Source: Flavobacteriales bacterium (GTDB lineage: Bacteria > Bacteroidota > Bacteroidia > Flavobacteriales_F > PHOS-HE28). From it: DNA of 64,000 nt. Below, piece by piece: positions 45,901 through 54,434 of the stretch; within the stretch, counting starts at the first letter, position 1; each line of letters opens with the position of its first letter. Position numbers and translations under genes: made by a program. Location of the stretch: assembly GCA_020635655.1 (NCBI GenBank), contig JACJZI010000007.1, forward strand, positions 78,323 to 142,322, in the 5' to 3' direction. The notes under the pieces were generated by a model. The model saw only the letters and a list, made by a program, of their open reading frames with translations. It did not search any database and was not told the origin of the DNA.

Positions 45901-47028
45901 ATGACCACCGTCAGCATCTGGACCGACCGCAGTTTCCCGGACCGCGCCGAGGTCGTGGTGATCGGTGCGGGCATCGTTGGTTTGTGCACAGCGCTGTTCC
46001 AGCAACGCCGATCGCCGCATCAGCGCGTGCTGGTGCTGGAACGCGGTCATGTGCCGGACGGGGCCACGGTCCGCAACGCCGGCTTCGCCTGCTTCGGCAG
46101 CCCCAGCGAACTGCTGGCCGACATCGCCGCGGAAGGCGCCGACGTGGCGCTCGCCCGCGTGGAGGAGCGCTGGCGTGGCCTGCAGGAACTGCGTGCCGAG
46201 CTTGGCGATGCGGCCATCGGGTTCGTTCCCTGCGGCGGTCATGAGGTGTTCCAGGATGATCACTTATACACCGCTACGGCCGAAGGGTTCGATCGGTTGA
46301 ACGACCTGCTCCGCGGCATCTTCGGAAGCCCGGTCTACCGCTGGGCGGACGAGCTGCTCGGCGACATGGACTTCGCCCATCTGGCCCGGACCGATCGGGA
46401 AGGCGCCGTGGACAGCGGCCGGCTCGCGAAGCACCTGCTCGAACACGTGCGTTCCGCCGGCGTCGAAGTGCGGACCAACACACGGGTGGAGGGTCTGGAG
46501 GAAAACGGCTCGCAGGTCGCGATCCGCTGCGCGGACGGGAGTACGGTCCATGCGGGCCGCGTTGTGGTCGCGACGAACGGGGCCGCCGCGCAGTTGTTGC
46601 CGGACGTGGACGTGCGCCCCGCCCGCGGACAGGTATTGATCACCGGACCGTTGACCGGGCCGATACCTCGGGGAACATTCCATGCGGACGAGGGCTTCAT
46701 CTACTTCCGGGACCTGGGCGACCGCATCCTGCTCGGGGGAGCGCGGAACCTGGACATCGCAGGCGAGACCACCCTGGACGATGGGACCACACCGGCGATC
46801 CAGGACCATCTGGAGCGCTTCCTGGCCGAACGCATCCTGCGCGGCCGCTCCTTCCAGGTGGAACGGCGCTGGAGCGGCACAATGGGCTTTGGCGCGCACA
46901 CGAAATCCCCCCTGGTGGAACGCCTATCGGACCGGGTTGTGGCGGCGGTCCGCCTCAGCGGCATGGGCGTGGCGATCGGGATCCGCGTGGCGCGAAAGGC
47001 GGCGGAGCTGCTGGTTGATCAGGGATGA
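45901..47028 (+). CDS. FAD-dependent oxidoreductase (DAO / glycine-D-amino-acid oxidase-like)
   Basis: 375-aa ORF. Dinucleotide-binding N-terminus VVVIGAGIVGLCTALF. DAO-family overall pattern. Confidence 0.85.
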   Translation: MTTVSIWTDRSFPDRAEVVVIGAGIVGLCTALFQQRRSPHQRVLVLERGHVPDGATVRNAGFACFGSPSELLADIAAEGADVALARVEERWRGLQELRAELGDAAIGFVPCGGHEVFQDDHLYTATAEGFDRLNDLLRGIFGSPVYRWADELLGDMDFAHLARTDREGAVDSGRLAKHLLEHVRSAGVEVRTNTRVEGLEENGSQVAIRCADGSTVHAGRVVVATNGAAAQLLPDVDVRPARGQVLITGPLTGPIPRGTFHADEGFIYFRDLGDRILLGGARNLDIAGETTLDDGTTPAIQDHLERFLAERILRGRSFQVERRWSGTMGFGAHTKSPLVERLSDRVVAAVRLSGMGVAIGIRVARKAAELLVDQG

Positions 47029-47033
47029 ACAGA

Positions 47034-47062
47034 AATGGGCCGGAGCGACCCTCCGACCCATT
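47034..47062. terminator. hairpin between the oxidoreductase gene and tRNA-Thr
   Basis: AATGGG-c-CGGAG cgac CTCCG-a-CCCATT forms an 11-bp stem with one mismatch. It starts 6 nt after the TGA at 47026-47028. Confidence 0.45.
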
Positions 47063-47066
47063 CTTG

Positions 47067-47138
47067 AGCCTCCCATCGGATTTGAACCGACGACCTGCTG
47101 ATTACGAATCAGCTGCTCTACCGCTGAGCTAAGGAGGC
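47067..47138 (-). tRNA. tRNA-Thr (anticodon CGU)
   Basis: The minus strand reads GCCTCCT TA GCTC AGCGGTA GAGC A GCTGA TTCGTAA TCAGC AGGTC GTCGG TTCAAAT CCGAT GGGAGGC T. This is a full cloverleaf with a 7-bp acceptor stem, a TTCAAAT T-loop and anticodon CGT. CCA is not encoded. Confidence 0.93.
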
Positions 47139-47142
47139 GTGT

Positions 47143-47169
47143 CCCTCCGCGACCAAAGGCCGCGGAGGG
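47143..47169 (-). terminator. hairpin after the beta-propeller gene
   Basis: CCCTCCGCG-accaaaggc-CGCGGAGGG forms a 9-bp stem, located between the CDS stop (47212) and the tRNA. No U-tract follows. Confidence 0.4.
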
Positions 47170-47211
47170 CTGCAAATGTATCGAACCGGCCCGATCGGTG
47201 GGCCGCCGGGT

Positions 47212-48489
47212 TCAGGGGCGAACGAAGCGCGCCGCCGCCTGCCCGCGCACCCGCAGCGTGTACGTCCCCGCAGCCATGCCGCTGACGTCCACCGCCTGCG
47301 ATCCCGCGCCATCCAGCACCAGCGTGCGCACGATCCGCCCCGCGGTGTCGAGGACCTCGAGCGCGTCCCCGAAATGTCCGCCGGTGATCCGGACCCGATC
47401 GGAGGCCACGGAGGGAACGACCTGCAGGATGGCGGGCTGCTGTTCCGGGATCCCGCTGGCGTTGCGCACGTCGAGCGCCAGGTTCCCCGGTGCGACACCC
47501 ACCGCGATGCTCGACAGTTCGTTCCCATCCGCATCCAGCACATGCAACGTGCCCGTGGTGGTGAAGTCCGTCGTGGTGGCGTAGAGCACATTGTTGACGG
47601 GGTCGTTCAGCAGGCAGTAGGTCGCCGGCGATGCGGCCAGCGTGTCCTGCACCTGTTGGGCGGTGAGGTCCCAGCGCGCCAGGTGACCGACAGCGTACTC
47701 CATGTAGTAGATCTTGTCCGTGGCCAATGCCGAGGCCCCGCAACCGGAGCTCGTCGCCACGTTCTGTGTGAACAGCCACTGCCCATTGGTCGCATCGATC
47801 CGGCTGATGGAGCTTCCGGTGAAATCCTTGTTGTTCAATACGTACAGGTCGCCGCTGTGCAGCATGATGTGCTCCGGGTTCAGCCCGTCCGGCCCCAGAT
47901 CGATCGACCCGGCATAACCCTGCGTCGTCAGGTCGACCACGCCGATGTAGCCGACCAGGTCGTTCCAGTCGAAGGCATTGTTCACCGCGAGGTAGGCCTT
48001 GTCGCCCATCACCTCGATGTCTTCGGCGGAATGTGCAAGACCATCGGCGGGATCGATGCTGTACATCAGGTGGAGATCACCGGCATCGCGCACCTCGAAG
48101 TAGTGGTCGAGCCCGCCCAGTTCTCCCCGGGTGAGCAGGACCTCGTCGTTCCAGAAGGCGAGCTTGCGGATGCCCGCTACCTGCGTCTGGCCGAGCACCT
48201 GGTAGGTGTCCGCGTCGTACTTCAGCAGTTGGTCGTCCGCCGCCACGTAGATGGCGCCATCGTGCACCTGCACGTCGGTGGCGAAGCGGGGACCGGTGAT
48301 GGTGGCCACGGTCTGGTAGGTCATCGCCAGCGGATCATAGCTGCCCAGCGTGACCGGAACCACCTGGGTCTGGGCATTGGTGTCGTAGTACCCCTCATTG
48401 AGCACGAGCACCTGATGGACGTCGGACTGTGCCCCGGCGGGGTGGATCGCGGCGATCAACGTGATCGCCAAAAAGAGCTTTCGGTACAT
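47212..48489 (-). CDS. T9SS-sorted beta-propeller protein (YncE/DUF5074-like cell-surface protein)
   Basis: Start at ATG 48489 (MYRKLFLAITLIAAIHPAGAQ). Repeated blade-like segments are present (VLVLNEG..., AIYVAADD..., KAYLAVNN..., DLYVLNN..., KIYYME..., VLYATTTD...). C-terminal sorting-domain-like tail reads RVRITGGHFGDALEVLDTAGRIVRTL...GMAAGTYTLRV. Preceded by a cobalamin riboswitch. Confidence 0.82.
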   Translation of the reverse strand: MYRKLFLAITLIAAIHPAGAQSDVHQVLVLNEGYYDTNAQTQVVPVTLGSYDPLAMTYQTVATITGPRFATDVQVHDGAIYVAADDQLLKYDADTYQVLGQTQVAGIRKLAFWNDEVLLTRGELGGLDHYFEVRDAGDLHLMYSIDPADGLAHSAEDIEVMGDKAYLAVNNAFDWNDLVGYIGVVDLTTQGYAGSIDLGPDGLNPEHIMLHSGDLYVLNNKDFTGSSISRIDATNGQWLFTQNVATSSGCGASALATDKIYYMEYAVGHLARWDLTAQQVQDTLAASPATYCLLNDPVNNVLYATTTDFTTTGTLHVLDADGNELSSIAVGVAPGNLALDVRNASGIPEQQPAILQVVPSVASDRVRITGGHFGDALEVLDTAGRIVRTLVLDGAGSQAVDVSGMAAGTYTLRVRGQAAARFVRP

Positions 48490-48600
48490 GGGAAGTTGGT
48501 TTTTGTCCGCCTTCTCCGGGCGGGGTGGAACAAGGACCTTCGGACGAACAGGGCACCTGTACCGCAAGCACCGCCTCGTTCCCGAAAGCCGGAACAGCGC

Positions 48601-48766
48601 AGGAGGGCAGGTCTTCTGGCTCACCTCGCTCCGCGGAGCGCCTTCCCATCCACCCGACGGTGGTCAGTGGCACATGCTCCGCTTCACCGGAGGTTCACAG
48701 CTGCGGGAACAGCTCCCGGTTCGCACGGGATTCCCTTTTCACCCCCGAAGGCCGGGGGACCCTCCT
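48601..48766 (-). promoter_or_regulatory. cobalamin (B12) riboswitch aptamer; expression platform continues to the ATG at 48489
   Basis: The minus-strand RNA has a P1 helix AGGAGGG/CCCUCCU. The core reads AAAAGGGAAUCCCGUGCGAACCGGGAGCUGUUCCCGCAGCUGUGAA (GGGAA...GUG..AA.C...CCCGC..CUGU.A). It also contains GCCACUG...GGGAAGGC and the B12 box AGCCAGAAGACCUGCC (48606-48621). Confidence 0.85.
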
Positions 48767-48813
48767 ACGGCACGAAGGTAGCTGTCGATCCGGCTCGTCT
48801 AACTTGGCCCGCC

Positions 48814-49674
48814 ATGGCGGACGACGGATACGCGCTTCGGCCTCTTGACCTGGACGCGCGAGGGATCCCGGTGGTGGCGGCGTTGCTCCGTGAGGTGTTC
48901 CCGGATGCGGTCCACTTCATCGACGAAGTGGTGCGGTGGCAATACCTGGAGAACCCCGATGGACCTGCGGTCGGCTTCAACGCCTGGGCGAACGACGCGC
49001 TCGCCGCCCACTATGTCACCATTCCGCTCCGGGCCCTGGTGGATGGTCGGGAGGAACGCGGCCTGCTCTCGCTGAACACCGCCACGCATCCACGGCACCA
49101 GGGAAGGAAATTGTTCACGCGGCTCGCACAGGCCACCTACGATGAGGCCGCCCGGCAGGGGTATGGTTTCGTGGTGGGCGTGGCCAACGCCAACAGCACG
49201 CATGGCTTCACGCGGAAGCTCGGTTTCCAAGCCGTCTCTCCCCTGCTCGCACTCGTGGGCGCAGGACCCCTGCGCTTCGTACCCGAAGCTGAAGCACCGT
49301 GCTTCACGCCGCTGCACGGAACGGAGAAGATGGCCTGGCGGCTGGCGCATCCCGCACACCGGTACACGGTCGCCCGGCAAGGCCGGCGGGCGTTCATCCT
49401 GTCGGAAAGGACCATGAAGGGGGCGCGGTTCATCCTGGGTGTCGACGATCCGGAGCAGGTCCCTCCCGCGCTCATGCACGCACGCATGCCTCGCGTGAAG
49501 GCCTTCATCGGCCTCGACCCGGCGATCGACCGGAAGCGTTCCATCTACCTGAACGTACCGATGCGTTTTCGGCCGGCCCCGCTCAACTTCATCTGGAAGG
49601 ACCTCTCCGGACAGGCACGGTCGCTCGACGCGGAGCGCGTTCGCTTCCACGCGTTCGACTTCGATACGCTCTGA
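48814..49674 (+). CDS. GNAT family N-acetyltransferase
   Basis: This is the real 3' part of the chimeric 832-aa track ORF. Start at ATG 48814. Acetyl-CoA motif region reads LNTATHPRHQGRKLFTRLAQATYDEA. GC3-rich only from 48814 onward. Confidence 0.78.
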   Translation: MADDGYALRPLDLDARGIPVVAALLREVFPDAVHFIDEVVRWQYLENPDGPAVGFNAWANDALAAHYVTIPLRALVDGREERGLLSLNTATHPRHQGRKLFTRLAQATYDEAARQGYGFVVGVANANSTHGFTRKLGFQAVSPLLALVGAGPLRFVPEAEAPCFTPLHGTEKMAWRLAHPAHRYTVARQGRRAFILSERTMKGARFILGVDDPEQVPPALMHARMPRVKAFIGLDPAIDRKRSIYLNVPMRFRPAPLNFIWKDLSGQARSLDAERVRFHAFDFDTL

Positions 49675-50337
49675 TCACTTGCCGAAGCGCACGGCCAGGC
49701 CAAGGTCCACGTGCACGCCCGAGGCGGTGAGGTGTCCGTCGTAGTTGGACAAGGACTCCTCCTCCCCGTTGTACTCGCTGCGCCTCAGGGGCAGGTCGTA
49801 GTAGGCATACTTCAATCCGGCCTGCAGTCCGATGTGCCGTCCGAAGATCACGAGCACACCCGTTCCGATCCGGAACTGGCCGCCACTGAGATACACGGTC
49901 CTGTCGTTCCCATTGGTATACTGCTGATCGATGCGGAGCGTTCCGATGCCACCGCCAAGCAACAGTGTCCAGGCGAAGTGGTCCGTGTTCACCACGTAGA
50001 AGCGGGGGGCCAGCCCGGCGAGCATGATGGCGTTGCTCTGTGTATCGCTGCTATCGAGGTAGATGCCCGGCTCCAGATAGAGTCCCGCGCTCAGCACCTT
50101 GGCCACGCCCACCTGGATATCGATCGGGAAGGTCCATGACACGGCACCATCGTTTGTGGTCGTTTCCTGGTACAAACCGAGCAGGCCCAGGTATTGTTTC
50201 TCGACATAGGTCGTGGCATGGATGCCCAGACTGCCCGCAATGCCCAGATGGACCGTACCGGCCTTGTTCAGTTGGGCCTCGGCGTTGAGGGCGAGGAAAC
50301 ATAGGAGCGGCAGGCAAGTACGCGGGGAGATCGACAT
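49675..50337 (-). CDS. small outer-membrane beta-barrel protein (OmpW/porin-like)
   Basis: The first ATG at 50337 gives the signal MSISPRTCLPLLCFLALNAEAQ; the track start 50361 is a TTG. Shows alternating beta-strand pattern and the C-terminal sequence GLAVRFGK. Confidence 0.72.
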   Translation of the reverse strand: MSISPRTCLPLLCFLALNAEAQLNKAGTVHLGIAGSLGIHATTYVEKQYLGLLGLYQETTTNDGAVSWTFPIDIQVGVAKVLSAGLYLEPGIYLDSSDTQSNAIMLAGLAPRFYVVNTDHFAWTLLLGGGIGTLRIDQQYTNGNDRTVYLSGGQFRIGTGVLVIFGRHIGLQAGLKYAYYDLPLRRSEYNGEEESLSNYDGHLTASGVHVDLGLAVRFGK

Positions 50338-50543
50338 GGCACTGGATCTAACGTGTTGCAAGGTAGAACGGTGTCACCTGAATGACCCAGATCCTGGGAA
50401 ACCCGAGCAAGGGTCCATTCCGGTCACGGACCACTCCAAGCCCTTGTGCAAGGGACTTTCAGCCGAACATGGTCAGCGGGATGTATGCATTTCGAGGAAA
50501 ATGATGGACCGCATCGGCAGTGGACGATCGCCTCCGATGCACC

Positions 50544-50551
50544 TACATTTG
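50544..50551 (+). promoter_or_regulatory. Bacteroidota -7 promoter box (TACATTTG) for a small acidic protein gene
   Basis: Exact TAnnTTTG match, 12 nt upstream of the in-frame GTG 50564. Confidence 0.45.
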
Positions 50552-50563
50552 TGGTCCCTGCAA

Positions 50564-50788
50564 GTGAACGGACCTGTGAAGGACAATGACAAGGAACGCG
50601 AACCCGCCGACGACGAGCGGGAGCCCCGTCAGGAGAATGACGGGGATGAGCGGTCCTACACGAAATACGCCAACGAGGGCGCCGGCTTCGATCCGTTCAA
50701 GGACCTGAACCTGCCCAAGAACTACGAGGAGGTGGTGCGTCGTTTCGAGAAGCTACAGGGCGAACGGGCCATGGAACTGCTGAACTGA
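50564..50788 (+). CDS. small acidic hypothetical protein (about 74 aa)
   Basis: Strong GC3 bias in this frame. Flanked by a -7 box upstream and a canonical intrinsic terminator downstream. The start is uncertain (GTG 50564, GTG 50576, ATG 50501 or ATG 50537). Sequence reads ...DNDKEREPADDEREPRQENDGDERSYTKYANEGAGFDPFKDLNLPKNYEEVVRRFEKLQGERAMELLN. Confidence 0.5.
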   Translation: MNGPVKDNDKEREPADDEREPRQENDGDERSYTKYANEGAGFDPFKDLNLPKNYEEVVRRFEKLQGERAMELLN

Positions 50789-50811
50789 CCCGGACCGCCC
50801 AACGAACGAGC

Positions 50812-50845
50812 GCGCCCCGCCCATCAAGGCGGGGCGCATTGTTTT
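50812..50845 (+). terminator. rho-independent terminator
   Basis: GCGCCCCGCC-atcaa-GGCGGGGCGC forms a 10-bp GC stem and is followed by ATTGTTTTT. Confidence 0.8.
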
Positions 50846-50903
50846 TGCTCCGGCCCGGCCCTAACTTCATCCCGTTCCGTTCATTCCTGATCCCTACTGC
50901 ACC

Positions 50904-53033
50904 ATGAAACAGTTCGATGCCAAACACATCAAGAACATCGCCCTTCTCGGGAGCCACGGATCCGGCAAGACGACCCTTGCGGAGACGATGCTGTTCGAGG
51001 CGGGCTTGATCACACGCCGCGGGCGCGTGGAGGACAAGAATACCGTCAGCGACCATACCGATCTCGAGCATGAACGCGGCAGTTCCGTCCATTCCACCTG
51101 CCTGCATACGGAATGGCGCAATTACAAGATCAATATCCTGGACACGCCCGGCCTGGACGACCTGGTGGGCGAGACCATCCCCGCGCTGCGTGTGGCCGAC
51201 ACCTGCGTACTGGTGCTGGGGGCACAGCATGGTGTGGAGGTCGGGACCGACCTGGTCTGGGGCCACATGCAACGCTACGACCGCCCGGTGATCATCGCGG
51301 TGAACCAACTGGACCACCCGAACGCCGACTTCGACGCAACGGTGGCCCAGGCCAGGGAGCATTTCGGGAATGCCGTGACCGTGATGCAATATCCCGTGGA
51401 ACAGGGCGAGGGCTTCCACCGCATCATCGACTTGCTGAAGATGAAGATGTACACGTTCAAGAACGATGGTGGCAGACCGGAGAAGGAGGAGATCCCCGGC
51501 GCGGAGCGCTCGCGCGCGGAGGCACTTCACAAGGATCTGGTGGAAAAGGCGGCGGAGAACGACGAGACCCTCATGGAACACTACTTCGAGAAGGGTGAGC
51601 TCGATGAGGACGAGCTGCGCCAGGGATTGAAGATCGGGATGATGAAGCGGTCCGTTTTCCCCGTGTTCTGCCTCAGTGCCCTGCGCAACATGGGGAGCGG
51701 CAGATTGATGGGGTTCATCGACAATGTGGCCCCCAGTGCGGTGGAAATGCCTCCCGCGCCGCTGGTGGACGGTGGAGCGCTTCCCTGCAAGGCCGACGCC
51801 CCCCCCGTCCTGTTCACCTTCAGATCGCTATTGGAGCCCCGGACCGGTTGGGTGACCTTCTTCAAGGTCATGAGCGGCGAACTGAGACCCGGCATGGAAC
51901 TGGTCAACGACAATACCGGGGCCACCGAGCGCATCGGGCAACTGTTCATCGTGGAAGGCCGTGAACGCAAACCGGTGGATGCACTCGAGGCGGGCGACAT
52001 CGGCGCGACGCTGAAGCTCAAGGACACGGCCACGGCCCATACACTGCACGCACCCGACCAGCAGGTGAAGCTCCGGCCGATCGCCTTCCCCGAGCCGCGC
52101 CTTCGCCTCACGATCAAGGCCAAGGACAACAAACAGGAGGAGAAGCTGCACGCGGCTCTGCTGGAGATCCAGAAGGAAGATCCCACGGTCGTACTCCAGT
52201 ACATGCGGGAATCGTCGCAGCAGGTGGTCGGGGGCCAGGGTGAACTTCACCTGAACCTGCTCAAATGGAAACTGGAGCACCTGTACAAGGTGGACATCGA
52301 GTTCGGGTCGCCGCGAGTGCCCTATCGGGAGACGATCCGTCGGATGGCCGAGGCCAGTTACCGGCACAAGAAGCAGACCGGCGGTGCCGGCCAGTTCGCC
52401 GAGGTGCATCTGCGGATCGAGCCGTGGACCGAGGACATACCCGAACCCCAGGGCGTGAGCATCCGGCACAAGGAGGTTCATGAGCTACCCACGGGAGGCA
52501 AGCTGGTGTTCTACAATTGCATCGTCGGCGGTGTGATCGACAACAAATTCATGCCGAGCATCCTGAAGGGGATCATGGAGAAGATGGAACGCGGTCCGCT
52601 GACAGGATCACCGGCGCGGGATGTGCGGGTGATGGTGTACGACGGGAAGATGCACACCGTGGACAGCAACGATGTCAGCTTCAAGATCGCCGGTACGATG
52701 GCCTTTCGCGAAGCCTTCACCAAGGCGGATCCCTTGTTGATGGAGCCGGTCCAGGAGGTCGAGGTGCGCGTTCCGGAGGAACTGATGGGGGATGTGATGA
52801 CCGACCTGCAGGGACGGCGCAGCGTGATCATGGGCGTCGAAGGACAGGGACGGTTCCAGGTGATCAAAGCACATACCCCCCTGGGCGAGCTGGACCGCTA
52901 CAGCACCACCTTGCGCAGCCTGACCCAGGGACGCGGAACGTATACCGAGCGCTTCCTCGCCTATCAACCCGTGCCGCACGAGCTGCAACAAAAACTGGTG
53001 GGCGATCACAATGAGGAGGCGGTCGTCGCCTGA
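50904..53033 (+). CDS. elongation factor G paralog (EF-G2-like translational GTPase)
   Basis: 709-aa ORF. G1 motif in IALLGSHGSGKTTLAET and G3 motif in ILDTPGLDD. EF-G domains II-V are recognisable. Confidence 0.92.
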   Translation: MKQFDAKHIKNIALLGSHGSGKTTLAETMLFEAGLITRRGRVEDKNTVSDHTDLEHERGSSVHSTCLHTEWRNYKINILDTPGLDDLVGETIPALRVADTCVLVLGAQHGVEVGTDLVWGHMQRYDRPVIIAVNQLDHPNADFDATVAQAREHFGNAVTVMQYPVEQGEGFHRIIDLLKMKMYTFKNDGGRPEKEEIPGAERSRAEALHKDLVEKAAENDETLMEHYFEKGELDEDELRQGLKIGMMKRSVFPVFCLSALRNMGSGRLMGFIDNVAPSAVEMPPAPLVDGGALPCKADAPPVLFTFRSLLEPRTGWVTFFKVMSGELRPGMELVNDNTGATERIGQLFIVEGRERKPVDALEAGDIGATLKLKDTATAHTLHAPDQQVKLRPIAFPEPRLRLTIKAKDNKQEEKLHAALLEIQKEDPTVVLQYMRESSQQVVGGQGELHLNLLKWKLEHLYKVDIEFGSPRVPYRETIRRMAEASYRHKKQTGGAGQFAEVHLRIEPWTEDIPEPQGVSIRHKEVHELPTGGKLVFYNCIVGGVIDNKFMPSILKGIMEKMERGPLTGSPARDVRVMVYDGKMHTVDSNDVSFKIAGTMAFREAFTKADPLLMEPVQEVEVRVPEELMGDVMTDLQGRRSVIMGVEGQGRFQVIKAHTPLGELDRYSTTLRSLTQGRGTYTERFLAYQPVPHELQQKLVGDHNEEAVVA

Positions 53034-53159
53034 ACCTTTCGTGTTCGATGGACGTTCTCCACCATGAGCAGGCTCATGGCCAAGAAGATGCATTGTCCGA
53101 AATTCGTTGCCGGAGCGGCATGAGGCCATCCTCCTGCGCGCTCCCCCATCCCACAGACC

Positions 53160-54425
53160 ATGGAAGAGGTCGATGTCATTGTCATCGGTGCCGGTCCCTC
53201 AGGCTGCGTGGCCGCCGCTCACCTTGCACGGGCAGGTAGAAAGGTCGTCGTACTGGAACGATCGGTCTTCCCCCGCTTCGTGATCGGGGAGAGCCTGCTG
53301 CCCAGGAGCATGGACCATTGGGAACGGACCGGTCTCCTACCCGACCTGGAAAAGCAGGGCTACGCGCGGAAGCTGGGTGCGCGGTTCCTGCGCGGGAGGA
53401 GCTCGATCGACCTGCGCTTTTCGGAGAATTTCACCAAAGGGTGGACCTGGACCTGGCAGGTGCCGCGTGCGCACTTCGACAAGGTCGTGGCCGATGCCAC
53501 GGCAGCCCAGGGCGCGAACATCCTTTATGGTCATGCCGTCGACAGTGTCGATCTGGGAACTGGGGATCGCGTGACGGTCACAGCCGGTGGCCGGACCTTC
53601 TCAGGGCGCTACATCATCGATTCGAGCGGTTATGGGGGGTCCCTGGTGAAGCTGCTCGGACTGCGGGACGAGCGGATGCGCACCGGGCGTATCGCCACGT
53701 TCACCCATGTGCGGGAGACCGAGCGTGAACGGTTCCCGGACCCGATGCAGATCAGCTTCGAGATCCTGGACGTCGACCTATGGTATTGGGTGATCCCGTT
53801 CTCCGATGGCACCACATCGCTCGGTTTCGTGGGCGATGAACGTCATTTCGCACCATTCCGAAGCGGCCTTGCACGCAGCGATGCCTTCCGGCAGATGATC
53901 GAACGCTCGACCAATTTCCGGGAGCGCACCATCCCGCTCGAACACCTTTTCGAGCCCCACTTTCTGACCGACTACACACACTACAACGAAAAACTTTACG
54001 GGCACAACTATGTGCTGACCGGCAATTGTGCGGGGTTCCTCGATCCCGTGTTCTCCAGCGGTGTGGCATTGGCGACCGAATCGGGCCTGCTCGCGGCCGA
54101 ACTGGTGCAACGGGTCCTCGACGGTGAAAAGGTGGATTGGGACGAGGCGTACGTTGCCCACATCCGCCATGGGGCGGCCGTATTCGATTCCTACATCAAG
54201 GCCTGGTATACCGGCGAGCTCCAGAAGATCTTCTTCTCACCACGCATCGACCAGAAGATCAAGGAGCAGATCATCTCGGTACTTGCGGGCTACGTATGGG
54301 ACGACAAGAACCCGTTCGTGAAGCGGCATGACCACATCTTGCAGCAACTGGCCATGATCGTGGACCGAGAAGCCAACACGGGAACGAGCGAGCGCCTCGT
54401 GGCCACCATCACCGGAACGGCTTGA
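53160..54425 (+). CDS. FAD-dependent oxidoreductase of the flavin-dependent halogenase-like family
   Basis: 421-aa ORF. GxGxxG motif in VIVIGAGPSGCVAAAHLA, followed by GESLLP. A WxWxIP motif occurs as WYWVIP in DVDLWYWVIPFSDG. Confidence 0.8.
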   Translation: MEEVDVIVIGAGPSGCVAAAHLARAGRKVVVLERSVFPRFVIGESLLPRSMDHWERTGLLPDLEKQGYARKLGARFLRGRSSIDLRFSENFTKGWTWTWQVPRAHFDKVVADATAAQGANILYGHAVDSVDLGTGDRVTVTAGGRTFSGRYIIDSSGYGGSLVKLLGLRDERMRTGRIATFTHVRETERERFPDPMQISFEILDVDLWYWVIPFSDGTTSLGFVGDERHFAPFRSGLARSDAFRQMIERSTNFRERTIPLEHLFEPHFLTDYTHYNEKLYGHNYVLTGNCAGFLDPVFSSGVALATESGLLAAELVQRVLDGEKVDWDEAYVAHIRHGAAVFDSYIKAWYTGELQKIFFSPRIDQKIKEQIISVLAGYVWDDKNPFVKRHDHILQQLAMIVDREANTGTSERLVATITGTA

Positions 54426-54434
54426 GCGATCGCC

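Noticed and set aside
47029-47211. tRNA-Thr considered as a genomic-island integration site.
   Set aside because: There is no integrase, no direct repeat of the tRNA 3' end and no compositional shift on either side. The neighbours look like ordinary chromosomal genes.
47176-49674. An 832-aa ORF on the plus strand.
   Set aside because: It is a chimera. The first two-thirds is antisense to the beta-propeller gene and the riboswitch and translates to nonsense. Only the part from ATG 48814 onward (GNAT acetyltransferase) looks coding.
50362-50500. SRP (4.5S) RNA-like words: CCUGGGAAACCCGAGCAAGG with an AGCA element, and CGGGAUGUA.
   Set aside because: I could not fold a convincing domain IV helix around a GNRA loop. 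The spacing between the two elements is roughly double that in 4.5S RNA. The region is more simply the promoter area of the flanking genes.
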